Source: an uncultured Staphylococcus sp.
GTDB lineage: Bacteria; Bacteroidota; Bacteroidia; Bacteroidales; Muribaculaceae
Length of the DNA: 64,000 bases
Assembly (NCBI GenBank): GCA_964552825.1
Contig: CAZKIE010000004.1
Coordinates: forward strand, 56,964-120,963
Reading direction: 5' to 3'
The notes beneath the pieces are model-generated. The model saw only the letters and a program-made list of their open reading frames with translations. It was not told the origin of the DNA and searched no databases. Numbering within the stretch: position 1 is the stretch's first letter; every line of letters begins with the position of its first letter. Shown piece after piece: positions 1 through 9,806 of this stretch. A program made the position numbers and the translations under genes.

Positions 1-509
1 AGCTGATAGGCGTTGGTCTGGAACTGTGTGAAGTTGACAAACAACATCGAGCAGATGAAACCGACAGTTCCGAACACCCTGATGGGCGGGAAATAGATGA
101 TCGTGTCGAGGCCGGCCTTGCCGAGAGCATTGAAGGCTACTGAGTTGGCCAGTCCGATGGTGGGCATGAAGAAGGCCACCGAACAGGTGTAGAGCGCGAA
201 CAGTGGCGCAAACTCTACCTGTGAGGCTGTGAGGGCGTATATTCCGGCTGCCGCCATGAAGGCTCCGGCGAGCAGATGACACAGACTGAGCATACGCTGC
301 GCCTGGATCCAGCGGTCGGCCACGATGCCCACGATGGCGGGCATGAAGAGCGAGACGATTCCCTGGACGGCATAGAACCAACCGATATGTGTCTCGAGGT
401 CTACACGGCCAAGGAAGTTGCCGAGAGATATGAGATATGCGCCCCAGACACCGAACTCAAGGAAATTCAGTGCTGCGAGCCGGACCTGTATGGGCTTGAT
501 TTTTGACAT
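1..509 (-). CDS. MFS nucleoside permease (NupG-like), 3' part runs off window
   Basis: Manual translation from ATG at 509: MSKIKPIQVRLAALNFLEFGVWGAYLISLGNFL..., later FFMPTIGLANSVAF and PPIRVFGTVGFI motifs typical of nucleoside:H+ symporters; absent from ORF track because truncated. Confidence 0.85.
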   Translation of the reverse strand, partial: MSKIKPIQVRLAALNFLEFGVWGAYLISLGNFLGRVDLETHIGWFYAVQGIVSLFMPAIVGIVADRWIQAQRMLSLCHLLAGAFMAAAGIYALTASQVEFAPLFALYTCSVAFFMPTIGLANSVAFNALGKAGLDTIIYFPPIRVFGTVGFICSMLFVNFTQFQTNAYQ

Positions 510-566
510 GGTATTGTGATTATGGTTATGTGATGATCGGATATTGATGATGTCTGCGTTGTGTCT

Positions 567-1211
567 CTACGCTTCGCCTTTCTTCCGTCGCAGGATCTCG
601 GCCACGCGGGCGGCCTCCTCATACTCTTCGCGCTCGATGAGTTTGGCGAGGGTCTTCTCAAGCTCTTCCACGGCGTAGTTCTCGAGCTTTGGCATCGACA
701 GCCCGTCGTCTGCCGCCCCGGACTCCTCCTCGTTGTCCTGCGGGGTGCTTCCGGGGGCTTCCTGTGTGATCTCAAGCTCGAAACCGGTCTCGTTGAGGAT
801 CTCCGGTGTGGTGTAGATGGGTGCTCCGGTGCGCATGGCGATGGCGATCGCATCGGATGTACGGGAGTCGATCGTCACGGTGCGCTCGCCGTCCGTGAGG
901 GTCAGTTCGGAGTAGAATATCCCGTCCTCGAAGCGGTGGATGAACACCTCTTTCAGCCCTATGCCGAAAGCTCTCTGCATACTCACGAGCAGATCGTGGG
1001 TCAGAGGCCTCGGAGGTGTGATACCTTCCATTTTCATGGCTATGGCCTGGGCCTCGGAGGCGCCGATCACCACCGGGATGCGGAACGGGCCGCCCACCTG
1101 CGCAAGTATCAAGGCGTAGGCTCCGCTCTGTATCTGTGAGTAGGATATTCCGAGCACCCTGAGCTTGATGCGGGTGTCGTCGCTGTGGCCGGTGTTGTCG
1201 TTGTCTTTCAT
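567..1211 (-). CDS. Bifunctional nuclease family (DUF151) protein with C-terminal UVR domain
   Basis: [32 protein letters not shown] motifs; C-terminal EEYEEAARV; start taken at MKDND. Confidence 0.88.
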   Translation of the reverse strand: MKDNDNTGHSDDTRIKLRVLGISYSQIQSGAYALILAQVGGPFRIPVVIGASEAQAIAMKMEGITPPRPLTHDLLVSMQRAFGIGLKEVFIHRFEDGIFYSELTLTDGERTVTIDSRTSDAIAIAMRTGAPIYTTPEILNETGFELEITQEAPGSTPQDNEEESGAADDGLSMPKLENYAVEELEKTLAKLIEREEYEEAARVAEILRRKKGEA

Positions 1212-2287
1212 ATCATGATGTTTCTGCCGGTTATAACCCCGCTGCCGAGACACAGGCGGGCGGCGCGGTCGTAGATCACGGCGAATTGTCCCGGGGCTAT
1301 ACCCTGGACCTGTTTTTCTGAGTCTATCACGTATTCCCCTTCGCCGATGCGCGTGAGCGTGGCCGGAAGGAATTCGGGGGTGTGGCGGTTTTTGAATGTG
1401 ATCTCCACTTTGTCGCAGGCCTCGGGCCAGGGGTCGAGGGTCAGCCAGTGCATCTCGTCGAGGTGGAGTGTGCGGCCGTATTGCTTGGCGGTGTCATAGC
1501 CCTGGGAGACGTAGACCACGTTGTCGTGGATGTTTTTCTTCACCACATACCACGGACCTCCGCTCAGGCCGAGTCCCTTGCGCTGTCCGATGGTGTGGAA
1601 CCAGTATCCGCGATGCTCGCCGAGCTTTCGCCCGGTCTCTATCTCCACTATCGGGCCGGGACGTTCGCCGAGATGGCGGCGGATGAAGTCGTTGTAGTTG
1701 ATCTTGCCGAGGAAGCATATCCCCTGGCTGTCGCGGCGGAATGCGTTGGGCATCGAGGTGGTGACAGCTATCTCCCTCACTTTCGCTTTGGGCAGGTCGC
1801 CTATCGGGAAGATGAGATGCGACAACTGACCGTAGGAGATGCGACACAGGAAGTCCGTCTGATCCTTGACCTTGTCGACCGCTGTCCCGAGCCACACGCG
1901 ACCGTCGATCTCATGGGTGGTGGCGTAGTGGCCTGTGGCGGTCTTGTCGAAGGCGTGTCCCCACCGCTGCTCGAAGAATCCGAACTTGATCATCTTGTTG
2001 CACATCACGTCGGGGTTGGGCGTGAGGCCTTCCTTGACGGTGCGGAGGGCATATTCCATCACGTTCTCCCAGTATTCCTCATGGAGCGAGACCACATCGA
2101 ACGGCAGCGAGTATCTGCGGGCTATGAAGCGGCACATCTCTATGTCCTCCTCGGCGGAGCAGTCGCCCTCGTCGGTGTCAAGTCCGATGCGTATGTAGAA
2201 GAGGTGCAGGTCGTGGCCTTGCTCCACGAGCCTGTGGACCACTACGGCACTGTCGACGCCTCCGGATATGAGCACCGCTATCCTCAT
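1208..2287 (-). CDS. mnmA: tRNA 2-thiouridine(34) synthase
   Basis: SGGVDS PP-loop, [46 protein letters not shown]. Confidence 0.96.
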   Translation of the reverse strand: MRIAVLISGGVDSAVVVHRLVEQGHDLHLFYIRIGLDTDEGDCSAEEDIEMCRFIARRYSLPFDVVSLHEEYWENVMEYALRTVKEGLTPNPDVMCNKMIKFGFFEQRWGHAFDKTATGHYATTHEIDGRVWLGTAVDKVKDQTDFLCRISYGQLSHLIFPIGDLPKAKVREIAVTTSMPNAFRRDSQGICFLGKINYNDFIRRHLGERPGPIVEIETGRKLGEHRGYWFHTIGQRKGLGLSGGPWYVVKKNIHDNVVYVSQGYDTAKQYGRTLHLDEMHWLTLDPWPEACDKVEITFKNRHTPEFLPATLTRIGEGEYVIDSEKQVQGIAPGQFAVIYDRAARLCLGSGVITGRNIMI

Positions 2288-2793
2288 ACTTCCTCCAGTT
2301 CCTCCTCTTCGTCCTTGCCGCGCTGCTCCACGATGTAGAGCGATATGAAATAGTCGAGCGAGATCTTGCCCGGACCGGCTATGAGGATATAGATATAGAT
2401 TCCGATAAACATTATGGGCAGATAGCCCGGGTCGGTGCTGTCGAGTCCGTAGACGGGGAGGTTGGGCACCATGTCGTGAAGTATATAGTATTCGGCCTCA
2501 AGCATGGCCACTATCGGCGGGAGGCATGAGAGACGTGTGAGAAATCCGGTCATGATCAGCAGCGAGCATACGAGCTCAATGATGATCATCAGCACTAACG
2601 AGGTCTCCGACGACATATTCAGCACGGAGGGAAACGTCGACTCTAACATCGTGAAGTTGACCAGATGGCGTATGCCGAACTGGAGAAGCATCATTCCTAC
2701 AAACAGGCGCATGAACAGACGTGCGAGATTGGTGTAGGTATATCCCGTCATGCGCAGGAAGCAGTCGGTGAGCGGTGAATATATCCAGGACAT
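2284..2793 (-). CDS. DoxX family membrane protein
   Basis: Four hydrophobic segments, GFLTRL and GPGKISLD motifs. Confidence 0.8.
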   Translation of the reverse strand: MSWIYSPLTDCFLRMTGYTYTNLARLFMRLFVGMMLLQFGIRHLVNFTMLESTFPSVLNMSSETSLVLMIIIELVCSLLIMTGFLTRLSCLPPIVAMLEAEYYILHDMVPNLPVYGLDSTDPGYLPIMFIGIYIYILIAGPGKISLDYFISLYIVEQRGKDEEEELEEV

Positions 2794-2814
2794 GGTGAGT
2801 TCTTGTTAGCGGGA

Positions 2815-3705
2815 TTATCTTTTCTTGAGCTGGCGGGTGACATCGAGGATCTGGTCGATGTTGAGGTGCTTGAACCTAATGTTGTGCTTCTTGTCGAGAA
2901 CGTAGAAGTCGGGAGTCCCGAAGCGGAGATCCACGGCCATGTCGGCATCGGGGTTGGCTCCGGTGCTCCATGTGGCGGGGAAATTTGCAACTGTCGTGCG
3001 CCACGACTCGTCGGGATCGGCCACGGAGATGGCCACAACCTTCAGCCGTCCCTCGTTGATCAGCTCGGTAGTGGATATGTCGGCGTCGAGGCGGATGCGC
3101 GCCATGTTGCAGTCGGAGCAGTCAGGGTCGTTGAAGAACACCACCACCACGCCTGCCGAGTCGTTGCTCAGCTTGCGGATCTGCCCGTCGGGGGTGGTGT
3201 AGGATATGTCGGCTATCGGCGAACCCACCATCGATCCTTCAAGTATCTCGGCCTGGCGGGCGAAGCGGGCTTTCTCGGCCTTCTCGAGTTTCTTGTTGGA
3301 TCCGACCGTACTTGCTATGGGCAGATAGAGATAGTCGATCCACACCTGTGCGGTGTCGGCATATATGAGCCCTTCGGCCACGTTGGCAAGATAGAGCTGA
3401 TCCTTGGGCTGCTTTTCGAGATTCCTGAAGAATCCGGTAAGCGCGGCCTTGGCCTTCTCGGGTTCGGCGTTCTGGATGATGTCGAGATAGATTTTGAACT
3501 CCTCTGCCATCTTAGCGCGGGCTGAGAAGGCTTTCTTCATATCGCAGAAGTCCCAGAAGTGGTCGGCGAGATAGTTGCATCTCCCTTCGAGAGTGGATAT
3601 GGAGTCGGGGACAATGGGATACTGGAAATATGAGTCGGCCTTGACGTGCGGCACTGCGCATATCATAAGCACGACGGTGAATATCAGGTGTTTCAGTATA
3701 GTCAT
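2815..3705 (-). CDS. Exported thioredoxin-like protein (DUF5106-type N-terminus)
   Basis: Signal peptide, YLADHFWD motif, FNDPDCSDC CxxC; start at MTILKH downstream of a TATCTTTG box. Confidence 0.78.
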   Translation of the reverse strand: MTILKHLIFTVVLMICAVPHVKADSYFQYPIVPDSISTLEGRCNYLADHFWDFCDMKKAFSARAKMAEEFKIYLDIIQNAEPEKAKAALTGFFRNLEKQPKDQLYLANVAEGLIYADTAQVWIDYLYLPIASTVGSNKKLEKAEKARFARQAEILEGSMVGSPIADISYTTPDGQIRKLSNDSAGVVVVFFNDPDCSDCNMARIRLDADISTTELINEGRLKVVAISVADPDESWRTTVANFPATWSTGANPDADMAVDLRFGTPDFYVLDKKHNIRFKHLNIDQILDVTRQLKKR

Positions 3706-3793
3706 AAGTTTTATGTGCGGAATATTGCAATCACAAAGATACGCAAAAACAAAATTCCGACAAAAAATCCACTCAAAAAGGGTGTTAAAAAAC

Positions 3794-3826
3794 TGCCCCA
3801 CGATCGGGATTTGATCGTGGGGCAGG
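3794..3826 (-). terminator. Stem-loop, probable terminator of the LRR gene
   Basis: CTGCCCCACGATC-N7-GATCGTGGGGCAG followed by a T-run on the minus strand. Confidence 0.7.
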
Positions 3827-3871
3827 GGTGACCTCGGAGTGAGGTTGTGAGGGATCAGTCTGTACGTGTGA

Positions 3872-6800
3872 TTATTTCACGAGTATCTTGTCTGTCTTCG
3901 ACCCCTGACGGCGAATGTAGATGCCAGAAGTCGGATTCTCAACCTTTATGCCTTGAAGGTTGAAGTATTCAACAGGTTCTGAACCTGAGATCTCGATCTC
4001 TTCAAGACCGCTGCCGGTGACATTGATGAAGTTGGTCATGAGATATAGCGAGGGGAATTTCTCGTTAGTCATCACACACATAATGTTGGTGAAGTTGCCG
4101 TGGAAAGTGGTCACGCCGTCCACAAGTGTATATTCTTCTCCGGCCACCAGTTCCTCGCCTGCAAGTTCATCGTAGTCGTCAAGATAGGGGGAGTCAATGA
4201 ACCAGTGGTAGGCTGTCTCGGTGCCGTCCACTACTGCCTGAGCCGATAGATCTATCTTGCCATCCACAAGAGCAACATCCATTATCTGCTGGTTAAGGAA
4301 GTTGTATATAAGATAAGACGAAAGGACAGGTGGTAGTGTGGCGAAGGTGAACTTATTGCCGTCGATGAAGAACACTTTAAGATCATTAAGGCCAGAAACA
4401 TCAATGTCAGACAGATTGTTGTTGCTCAGCCATAACTGGGATATGGATGGGGCCCCTTCAAAGGAAATTGACTCAAGAGCGTTGTCCATTAAGTTGGCTT
4501 CCCACATTACAGGATTATCAAATTTGACGGATTTGATTCCATTGAAAGCGGCATGGAATACCTGGAGTTTCTTCATCTCCGAGAGATCGAGTGTCTCGAT
4601 GTTATTGCTGGAGAGGTTGAGTAAGTATAGTTCGGGGTAGTCATACCACTTGTATGAACTGATGCTGTTGCCTGAGAGATTCAGTTCGGTCAGACCCGGT
4701 GATTGGGGAAGAATGATCTCATCCTCGGTCATTCCGGTTCCGGATGCGGTGAATGCAATAAGTCCTTTCATGCGCGATGCGTCCATGTCTGTTGTCCGGA
4801 CACCACTTAAAGAGAACACAGTGAGTCCCTCATCCTCCTCATAGGAGTAGCATTTCACGTTGGCTCCGGCTGTTGAGATAGCTGTAAACGGTATATATGA
4901 AGTTGCAAGGACATACTGCTCAAGGTCGCCATTGTCTTTCCAATCGATGTAGACAGCAGTGCCTTTTTTGGCTGCTGTGAGTACGATGCTCACAGTATCG
5001 GATTCGAGGGTCGTGAATGAAGCGAACAGATTGGTCGGCATTGTTGCTGCCTCGACATTAGTGGTCCGGATAAAATTATCACCGCTGAAGTCCGGAAAGG
5101 CGGGATGAGATATGAGGCAGTAAACATTTCCTACGGTGGTGTCAAGGAATGTATAACGGCCTTTGTCGCCACTCACCTGACTTTCGGTCAGTTCTGTACC
5201 GTCAGATACCTTATGCCATGTGTAGGTTGTGGTCATGCCGTCAATTTCGAGCCACTCGGAAGAGAGATTTATTGACGGAGCCTTTGACGGTATGGAGATC
5301 TCTTTCTGCGGGGCGTATATGTAGTCAGCCACACATCCCGGTACAGGAAGTTCAGGCAGCGAAATGTTATTACCTGAAATGTTGAGGCTCGTCAGCGGTG
5401 TATAGTCGGGAATGTAGAATGTCGTGAGAAGGTTGTCCGATGCGTCGAGAGTGGAGAGTGCCTCGCAATCCTGAAGTGAAAGCTCTTCAAGATTGTTGCC
5501 GCTCACATTCAGTGTGACGAGGTTTGTCATGTCCTTCATCGGTACAGTGGTGAGTTGGTTGTCGCTCAGATCAAGGTCTATCAGGGTACGATGATCGTTG
5601 AAGGTGACATCAGTCAGACGGTTGCCGGAGAGGTTGATTGAGCTGAGAACGTTCTTGCCATATCCGCCGTTGTCTGTCGAGAGGTCAATGGTGGTAAGTG
5701 TGTTGCCTGACAGATCGAGGGAAGTGAGCGCGCGGTTCCACGTGAGGTCGATGCGGGGCAGATTGCAGTTGGTGAGCGAAAGTTGCGAGAGCGACCGGGC
5801 GGTGCTGAGTGTCACGCTGTTCATACGCACATTGTTTGCTCCGAGTGCGGTGAGATCATAACCTTCGGGAATGTATATGATGGCTGATCCTGCACGCTTG
5901 CCGCTCACATTGTCAGTTTCGGGAAGACCGGAGGTCGTGGCAGTGAAATCCACAAGCTGTCCGTCGCCGAAGTCCACGGAAAATGTGACGGGATTCTCCT
6001 CTGATGCGCCGGAGATACCTACGGAGAAGCTGTAATTGCTTACGAGAGAAGAGAGTCCAAGTGTTGCGGCAGGTATAGGAAGACCGTATTTATCCGCACT
6101 TTTGACGATGAACTTGGATGTTGTCATGGGATAGTCGGCCAACTCTGTGTTTGAAAAGGATACGTAGACAGAGTCGGGGGTCTCGCACTTGAGTGTGAGT
6201 ATGCCGTCGGCATACGTATAGTATGTTTCGTCAAGTACGGTCGGATTCAGAAGATCGGATTCACTGACCATGTAGACCGTGGCAGTGGTAGTGCTTTCCG
6301 GACGGTTTACTTTTGCAGAAAAATCTATGGTGCCGCCTACGGGATAGCTTCGGTCCACTGTAAATGGCTTCTGGCTGTAATAATAGGCTCCGAATGTCTC
6401 GCGCGGCGAGGGAAGAGTTACGAAATCCATGTAGTTTCTCGACAGATCCACATCATAGAGCATGGAATTGTCAGAGATGTCGATTGTCGTGAGCAAGTTG
6501 CCGGCACAGTTGAGCGTTACGAGATTGGGGCAACCTGATATATCGAGATCCCGGAGTTTATTGTCGGACGCGAACAGATATGTCAGTTGTGGCTTTGATC
6601 CGATGTTCAGTTCGGTAAGTTTCACATCATTGTTGGCTCGTCCGGTATGGGTGGCGTAAAATTCGGTCAGATAGGGATTCTGGCTGATGTCAATTGATGG
6701 AATCCTTGTCTCTGAAATGTTCAGGATGATAAGTTTCGGGTTCTTCGACACATCAAGCGATTCGACCGATGTCACGTCAATCGACAGTTGCATCAGATCC

Positions 6801-7447
6801 GGACAGGCGGTGGGATCGCAGACGGACAGGCTTTTGTTATTCCAGGCCGAAAAGGAAACAAGCGAGGGATAGTCGCGAAGTGTGAACGACGGATCCATGT
6901 GCTCAATTATATTCAGCGACAATATGGTGAGATCCGGTTTGTCAGTGCCGATTATGAGAGGAGATTCTGCTGAGAAGGGATTGCCGTCGAGATACAATGC
7001 CTGCAGTTTGTGCATATGTGAGAGATCGAGGCCGGTGAGGTTGTTGTTCTCAAGATTGAGCACCTCGACATTTGTGGTCTGCGGGAAAGAAATGTCGGTA
7101 AGATAGCAGCCGTCAATCTCGATGTAGTCGATATTTTCAGGATCTCCGTATATACGGACACATCCATCCTTGCTGACGGAGGCTGTCACTACCGTGCCTT
7201 GGATGCTCTGGGACTCGCTATCGAATACGGCAGGTTCGATCTCATATTCCTCAAGGCCGAATCCGCAGTCGATATCGTAGTAGTCTTTGACGATTGTTCC
7301 TAATGTAAATTGAAATGAGTTCTGTTCAGCGGCCTGCTCGTAGAGTGTGGTCTTGAACTCTATTATTGGTGTATCGTCCCGTGTTGCCATTGCCGAGGAA
7401 CTTGAGATAAGCATGGCCGCACAGAGAAGCATATATTTTGTGTTCAT
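3872..7447 (-). CDS. Leucine-rich-repeat surface protein, T9SS cargo
   Basis: Signal peptide, three LRR blocks (LxxLxLSxNxL), C-terminal EYFNLQG...GIYI...KILVK sorting domain. Confidence 0.85.
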   Translation of the reverse strand: MNTKYMLLCAAMLISSSSAMATRDDTPIIEFKTTLYEQAAEQNSFQFTLGTIVKDYYDIDCGFGLEEYEIEPAVFDSESQSIQGTVVTASVSKDGCVRIYGDPENIDYIEIDGCYLTDISFPQTTNVEVLNLENNNLTGLDLSHMHKLQALYLDGNPFSAESPLIIGTDKPDLTILSLNIIEHMDPSFTLRDYPSLVSFSAWNNKSLSVCDPTACPDLMQLSIDVTSVESLDVSKNPKLIILNISETRIPSIDISQNPYLTEFYATHTGRANNDVKLTELNIGSKPQLTYLFASDNKLRDLDISGCPNLVTLNCAGNLLTTIDISDNSMLYDVDLSRNYMDFVTLPSPRETFGAYYYSQKPFTVDRSYPVGGTIDFSAKVNRPESTTTATVYMVSESDLLNPTVLDETYYTYADGILTLKCETPDSVYVSFSNTELADYPMTTSKFIVKSADKYGLPIPAATLGLSSLVSNYSFSVGISGASEENPVTFSVDFGDGQLVDFTATTSGLPETDNVSGKRAGSAIIYIPEGYDLTALGANNVRMNSVTLSTARSLSQLSLTNCNLPRIDLTWNRALTSLDLSGNTLTTIDLSTDNGGYGKNVLSSINLSGNRLTDVTFNDHRTLIDLDLSDNQLTTVPMKDMTNLVTLNVSGNNLEELSLQDCEALSTLDASDNLLTTFYIPDYTPLTSLNISGNNISLPELPVPGCVADYIYAPQKEISIPSKAPSINLSSEWLEIDGMTTTYTWHKVSDGTELTESQVSGDKGRYTFLDTTVGNVYCLISHPAFPDFSGDNFIRTTNVEAATMPTNLFASFTTLESDTVSIVLTAAKKGTAVYIDWKDNGDLEQYVLATSYIPFTAISTAGANVKCYSYEEDEGLTVFSLSGVRTTDMDASRMKGLIAFTASGTGMTEDEIILPQSPGLTELNLSGNSISSYKWYDYPELYLLNLSSNNIETLDLSEMKKLQVFHAAFNGIKSVKFDNPVMWEANLMDNALESISFEGAPSISQLWLSNNNLSDIDVSGLNDLKVFFIDGNKFTFATLPPVLSSYLIYNFLNQQIMDVALVDGKIDLSAQAVVDGTETAYHWFIDSPYLDDYDELAGEELVAGEEYTLVDGVTTFHGNFTNIMCVMTNEKFPSLYLMTNFINVTGSGLEEIEISGSEPVEYFNLQGIKVENPTSGIYIRRQGSKTDKILVK

Positions 7448-7451
7448 TGAG

Positions 7452-9704
7452 TTATTTTATGGCAATACGTATGGTTTTGTTATTTGCTGAGAGAATGTAG
7501 ATCCCGGGTTGGAGTGATGACGCGTCAAGCACGGCCTGCTGTCCGGAGACATTAAGATCCATCACTTTCATACCTGCGAGATTGTGGAGTGAAGCCTTTA
7601 TGGCGGGAGCACCTGCAAGGAATATCTCGTAATTGCGGCCTCCGAGATCAGTCACCATGAGACGGGAATCGTCATCGGCCGTGGGTGAGCATATTCCGGA
7701 ATTGCGGGATAGAACTTCTTTAAGTCCGGCATATGCATCGAATTTGCCGGCACCCCATTGAAGCGGATTGCCGGAAGAGGTGACGGCATCGTCTTTGACG
7801 GCTGTCTTTTCAATTATGTCTATCACATCTGTGGCGGTGAGGTACGGATCGGCTTCCAACCACAGGGCTATCGCTCCGGATACAACAGGTGTGGCCATGG
7901 ATGTCCCCGCGCAATATTGCCATGAGTATGTGCGGTCTCCGTCACTGGCAGTAGACTGTATCTCGCTATCCGGGATAGCGTTCTCTTCGAGATAATACTG
8001 GTTTGTTGAGGATATCAGTGCTGTTCCGGGAGCGCAGACATGAGGAAGCTCGCGCCCGTCGATCAGCCGGCCGTATGACGAGTAGTATGATATGTCACCA
8101 TAGTTCATAAGGTCGGCCTCATAGCCATAAGTGTTGTTGTCGATGGAGGTCCATCGGTCACGGGTATTGTAGGCTCCTACGACCACAGTGCTTTTGCCTG
8201 TTGCGAGGTCGTTGATCGTGCCATCGGTTGTGCCGTCTGAGTAACCTTCCATACCAAACGAGGAATAGTGGTTGAACTGGGCATCACCGTACAGGTCTAT
8301 TCGCTGACCTTCGGATCCGTCTACCTGTATGCCGAGTATATAATTGCCATCAGCATTGCCTTCCGTATTGTCCCAAAGCATACAATCAATGATGGCATAG
8401 TAGCGGCCGGAAGATTCATCGAGCATAGCGCCGACACCTACATATCCGGTGAACCATTTGCCAAGCTGTGGTGAAACTATATCTGTGTCGTCAGTGGCGT
8501 AGTCTGATGAGCTTACCCAGTATTTCATTGTGCCCTCGGTCTCACCAAGCGGCATACGGAATGCCACTCGTCCGCGGGATTTGTTTATGGCTACAGCCTG
8601 AACGACAAACGGTTTCTCTGAATCGGAGTATATGTAGGTCTGTCCGGCACGGACGTTAGGGTATTCCTCCACCTCTTCTGCGAGATCAAAGCAGGTAAGA
8701 AGCGGGTCGTCGTCGGATGTTATGGTTTTGGTGATATAGATGGGGAGCGCGCCTTCGTTGCCCGCAGCCATACATACGACCACACGGTCAAGTTGGGAGA
8801 TCTGATCTATATACTGGCAGAGCGCGGAGGTGCCGTCGTGTGGACCTACGCTGCTTCCGAGCGATAGATTGACTACCGCGGGAGCGTTGGCATAGTATGC
8901 ATAGTTGAGAATTGTCTCGATTCCTAAGGCTACATAATAGTCGGAGCTTGCGCCTGAGGCCAAGGCAATGTCGGAGTCGAAGGCTATGCCGTAATATGGA
9001 TTGTCGATTTCCCGGATGGTGGTCTGCAGTCCGGTTGTCACAGGTGTTTTCACTTTTCCACGGTAGCCTCCGGCCATGATGCCAAGAGTGTGTGTGCCGT
9101 GATAGGTGGTGCCGTCTTCTGTATCCACGACGTGAAGTTCGTCGGCGGTCAGTATCTGTTCCACTTTGTCGCCTGATTGTGTGGAACGGTAGTAGCAGAA
9201 GCTCTGAATTCGTAGAGTACCATCGGAGTTTTTGAAATTCAGATGGTTGGGGTCAAATCCTCCGTCGACGATTCCGGCCACAACACCCTTGCCTGTATAG
9301 GCTTGCGGAAGATCTGTTCCAGCGTGGATTTTGTCTATGCCGGTGACGGAGCGGGCCCGGTCGAGTTTGGAACTGACGGAACGTTCAAGGTTGATAGCCC
9401 TGATGGCATCGGATGATTCGAGTTGAGGCAACAGATCGCGGTCGAACTCGACGAGGACGGTCTTTCCGCGTGAGGATCTGACGATAGCACCCAGTTCTGT
9501 AATATCATCGGCGGTCGCACCGTCGGCAAGGGTGATGAACGCCCGGAGTTCCGTCCCGGAAGCCGGGGCTACCCGAAGTCGCCCATCGGAATTACGCACT
9601 ATTCCGGTATGATGGAGACGTGCCTGTGAGCCAAGATCGAGTTTCGTCTGTCCTGTCACCGACAGCGCCGCAAATATAAGTAATGGAATGATTGGTTTAG
9701 GCAT
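7452..9704 (-). CDS. S8 (subtilisin-like) serine peptidase, T9SS cargo
   Basis: Catalytic motifs GIVDGG, HGTHTLG, AAGNEG, GTSMATP; C-terminal sorting domain. Confidence 0.92.
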   Translation of the reverse strand: MPKPIIPLLIFAALSVTGQTKLDLGSQARLHHTGIVRNSDGRLRVAPASGTELRAFITLADGATADDITELGAIVRSSRGKTVLVEFDRDLLPQLESSDAIRAINLERSVSSKLDRARSVTGIDKIHAGTDLPQAYTGKGVVAGIVDGGFDPNHLNFKNSDGTLRIQSFCYYRSTQSGDKVEQILTADELHVVDTEDGTTYHGTHTLGIMAGGYRGKVKTPVTTGLQTTIREIDNPYYGIAFDSDIALASGASSDYYVALGIETILNYAYYANAPAVVNLSLGSSVGPHDGTSALCQYIDQISQLDRVVVCMAAGNEGALPIYITKTITSDDDPLLTCFDLAEEVEEYPNVRAGQTYIYSDSEKPFVVQAVAINKSRGRVAFRMPLGETEGTMKYWVSSSDYATDDTDIVSPQLGKWFTGYVGVGAMLDESSGRYYAIIDCMLWDNTEGNADGNYILGIQVDGSEGQRIDLYGDAQFNHYSSFGMEGYSDGTTDGTINDLATGKSTVVVGAYNTRDRWTSIDNNTYGYEADLMNYGDISYYSSYGRLIDGRELPHVCAPGTALISSTNQYYLEENAIPDSEIQSTASDGDRTYSWQYCAGTSMATPVVSGAIALWLEADPYLTATDVIDIIEKTAVKDDAVTSSGNPLQWGAGKFDAYAGLKEVLSRNSGICSPTADDDSRLMVTDLGGRNYEIFLAGAPAIKASLHNLAGMKVMDLNVSGQQAVLDASSLQPGIYILSANNKTIRIAIK

Positions 9705-9806
9705 TATGTGTAGGTGTGGAGTTTATATATTTCGGAAATGATCAATAAGAGCAAAAGAGACACATCTTGAGGTGTGCATCTTTTGCTTTTATTTCAGATC
9801 TGCGTA

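Noticed and set aside
561-2338. Long antisense ORFs (561-1139, 1382-2338; likewise 25162-26166, 46507-47436, 57721-58758)
   Set aside because: They shadow well-supported genes on the opposite strand in GC-rich coding DNA and have no motifs.
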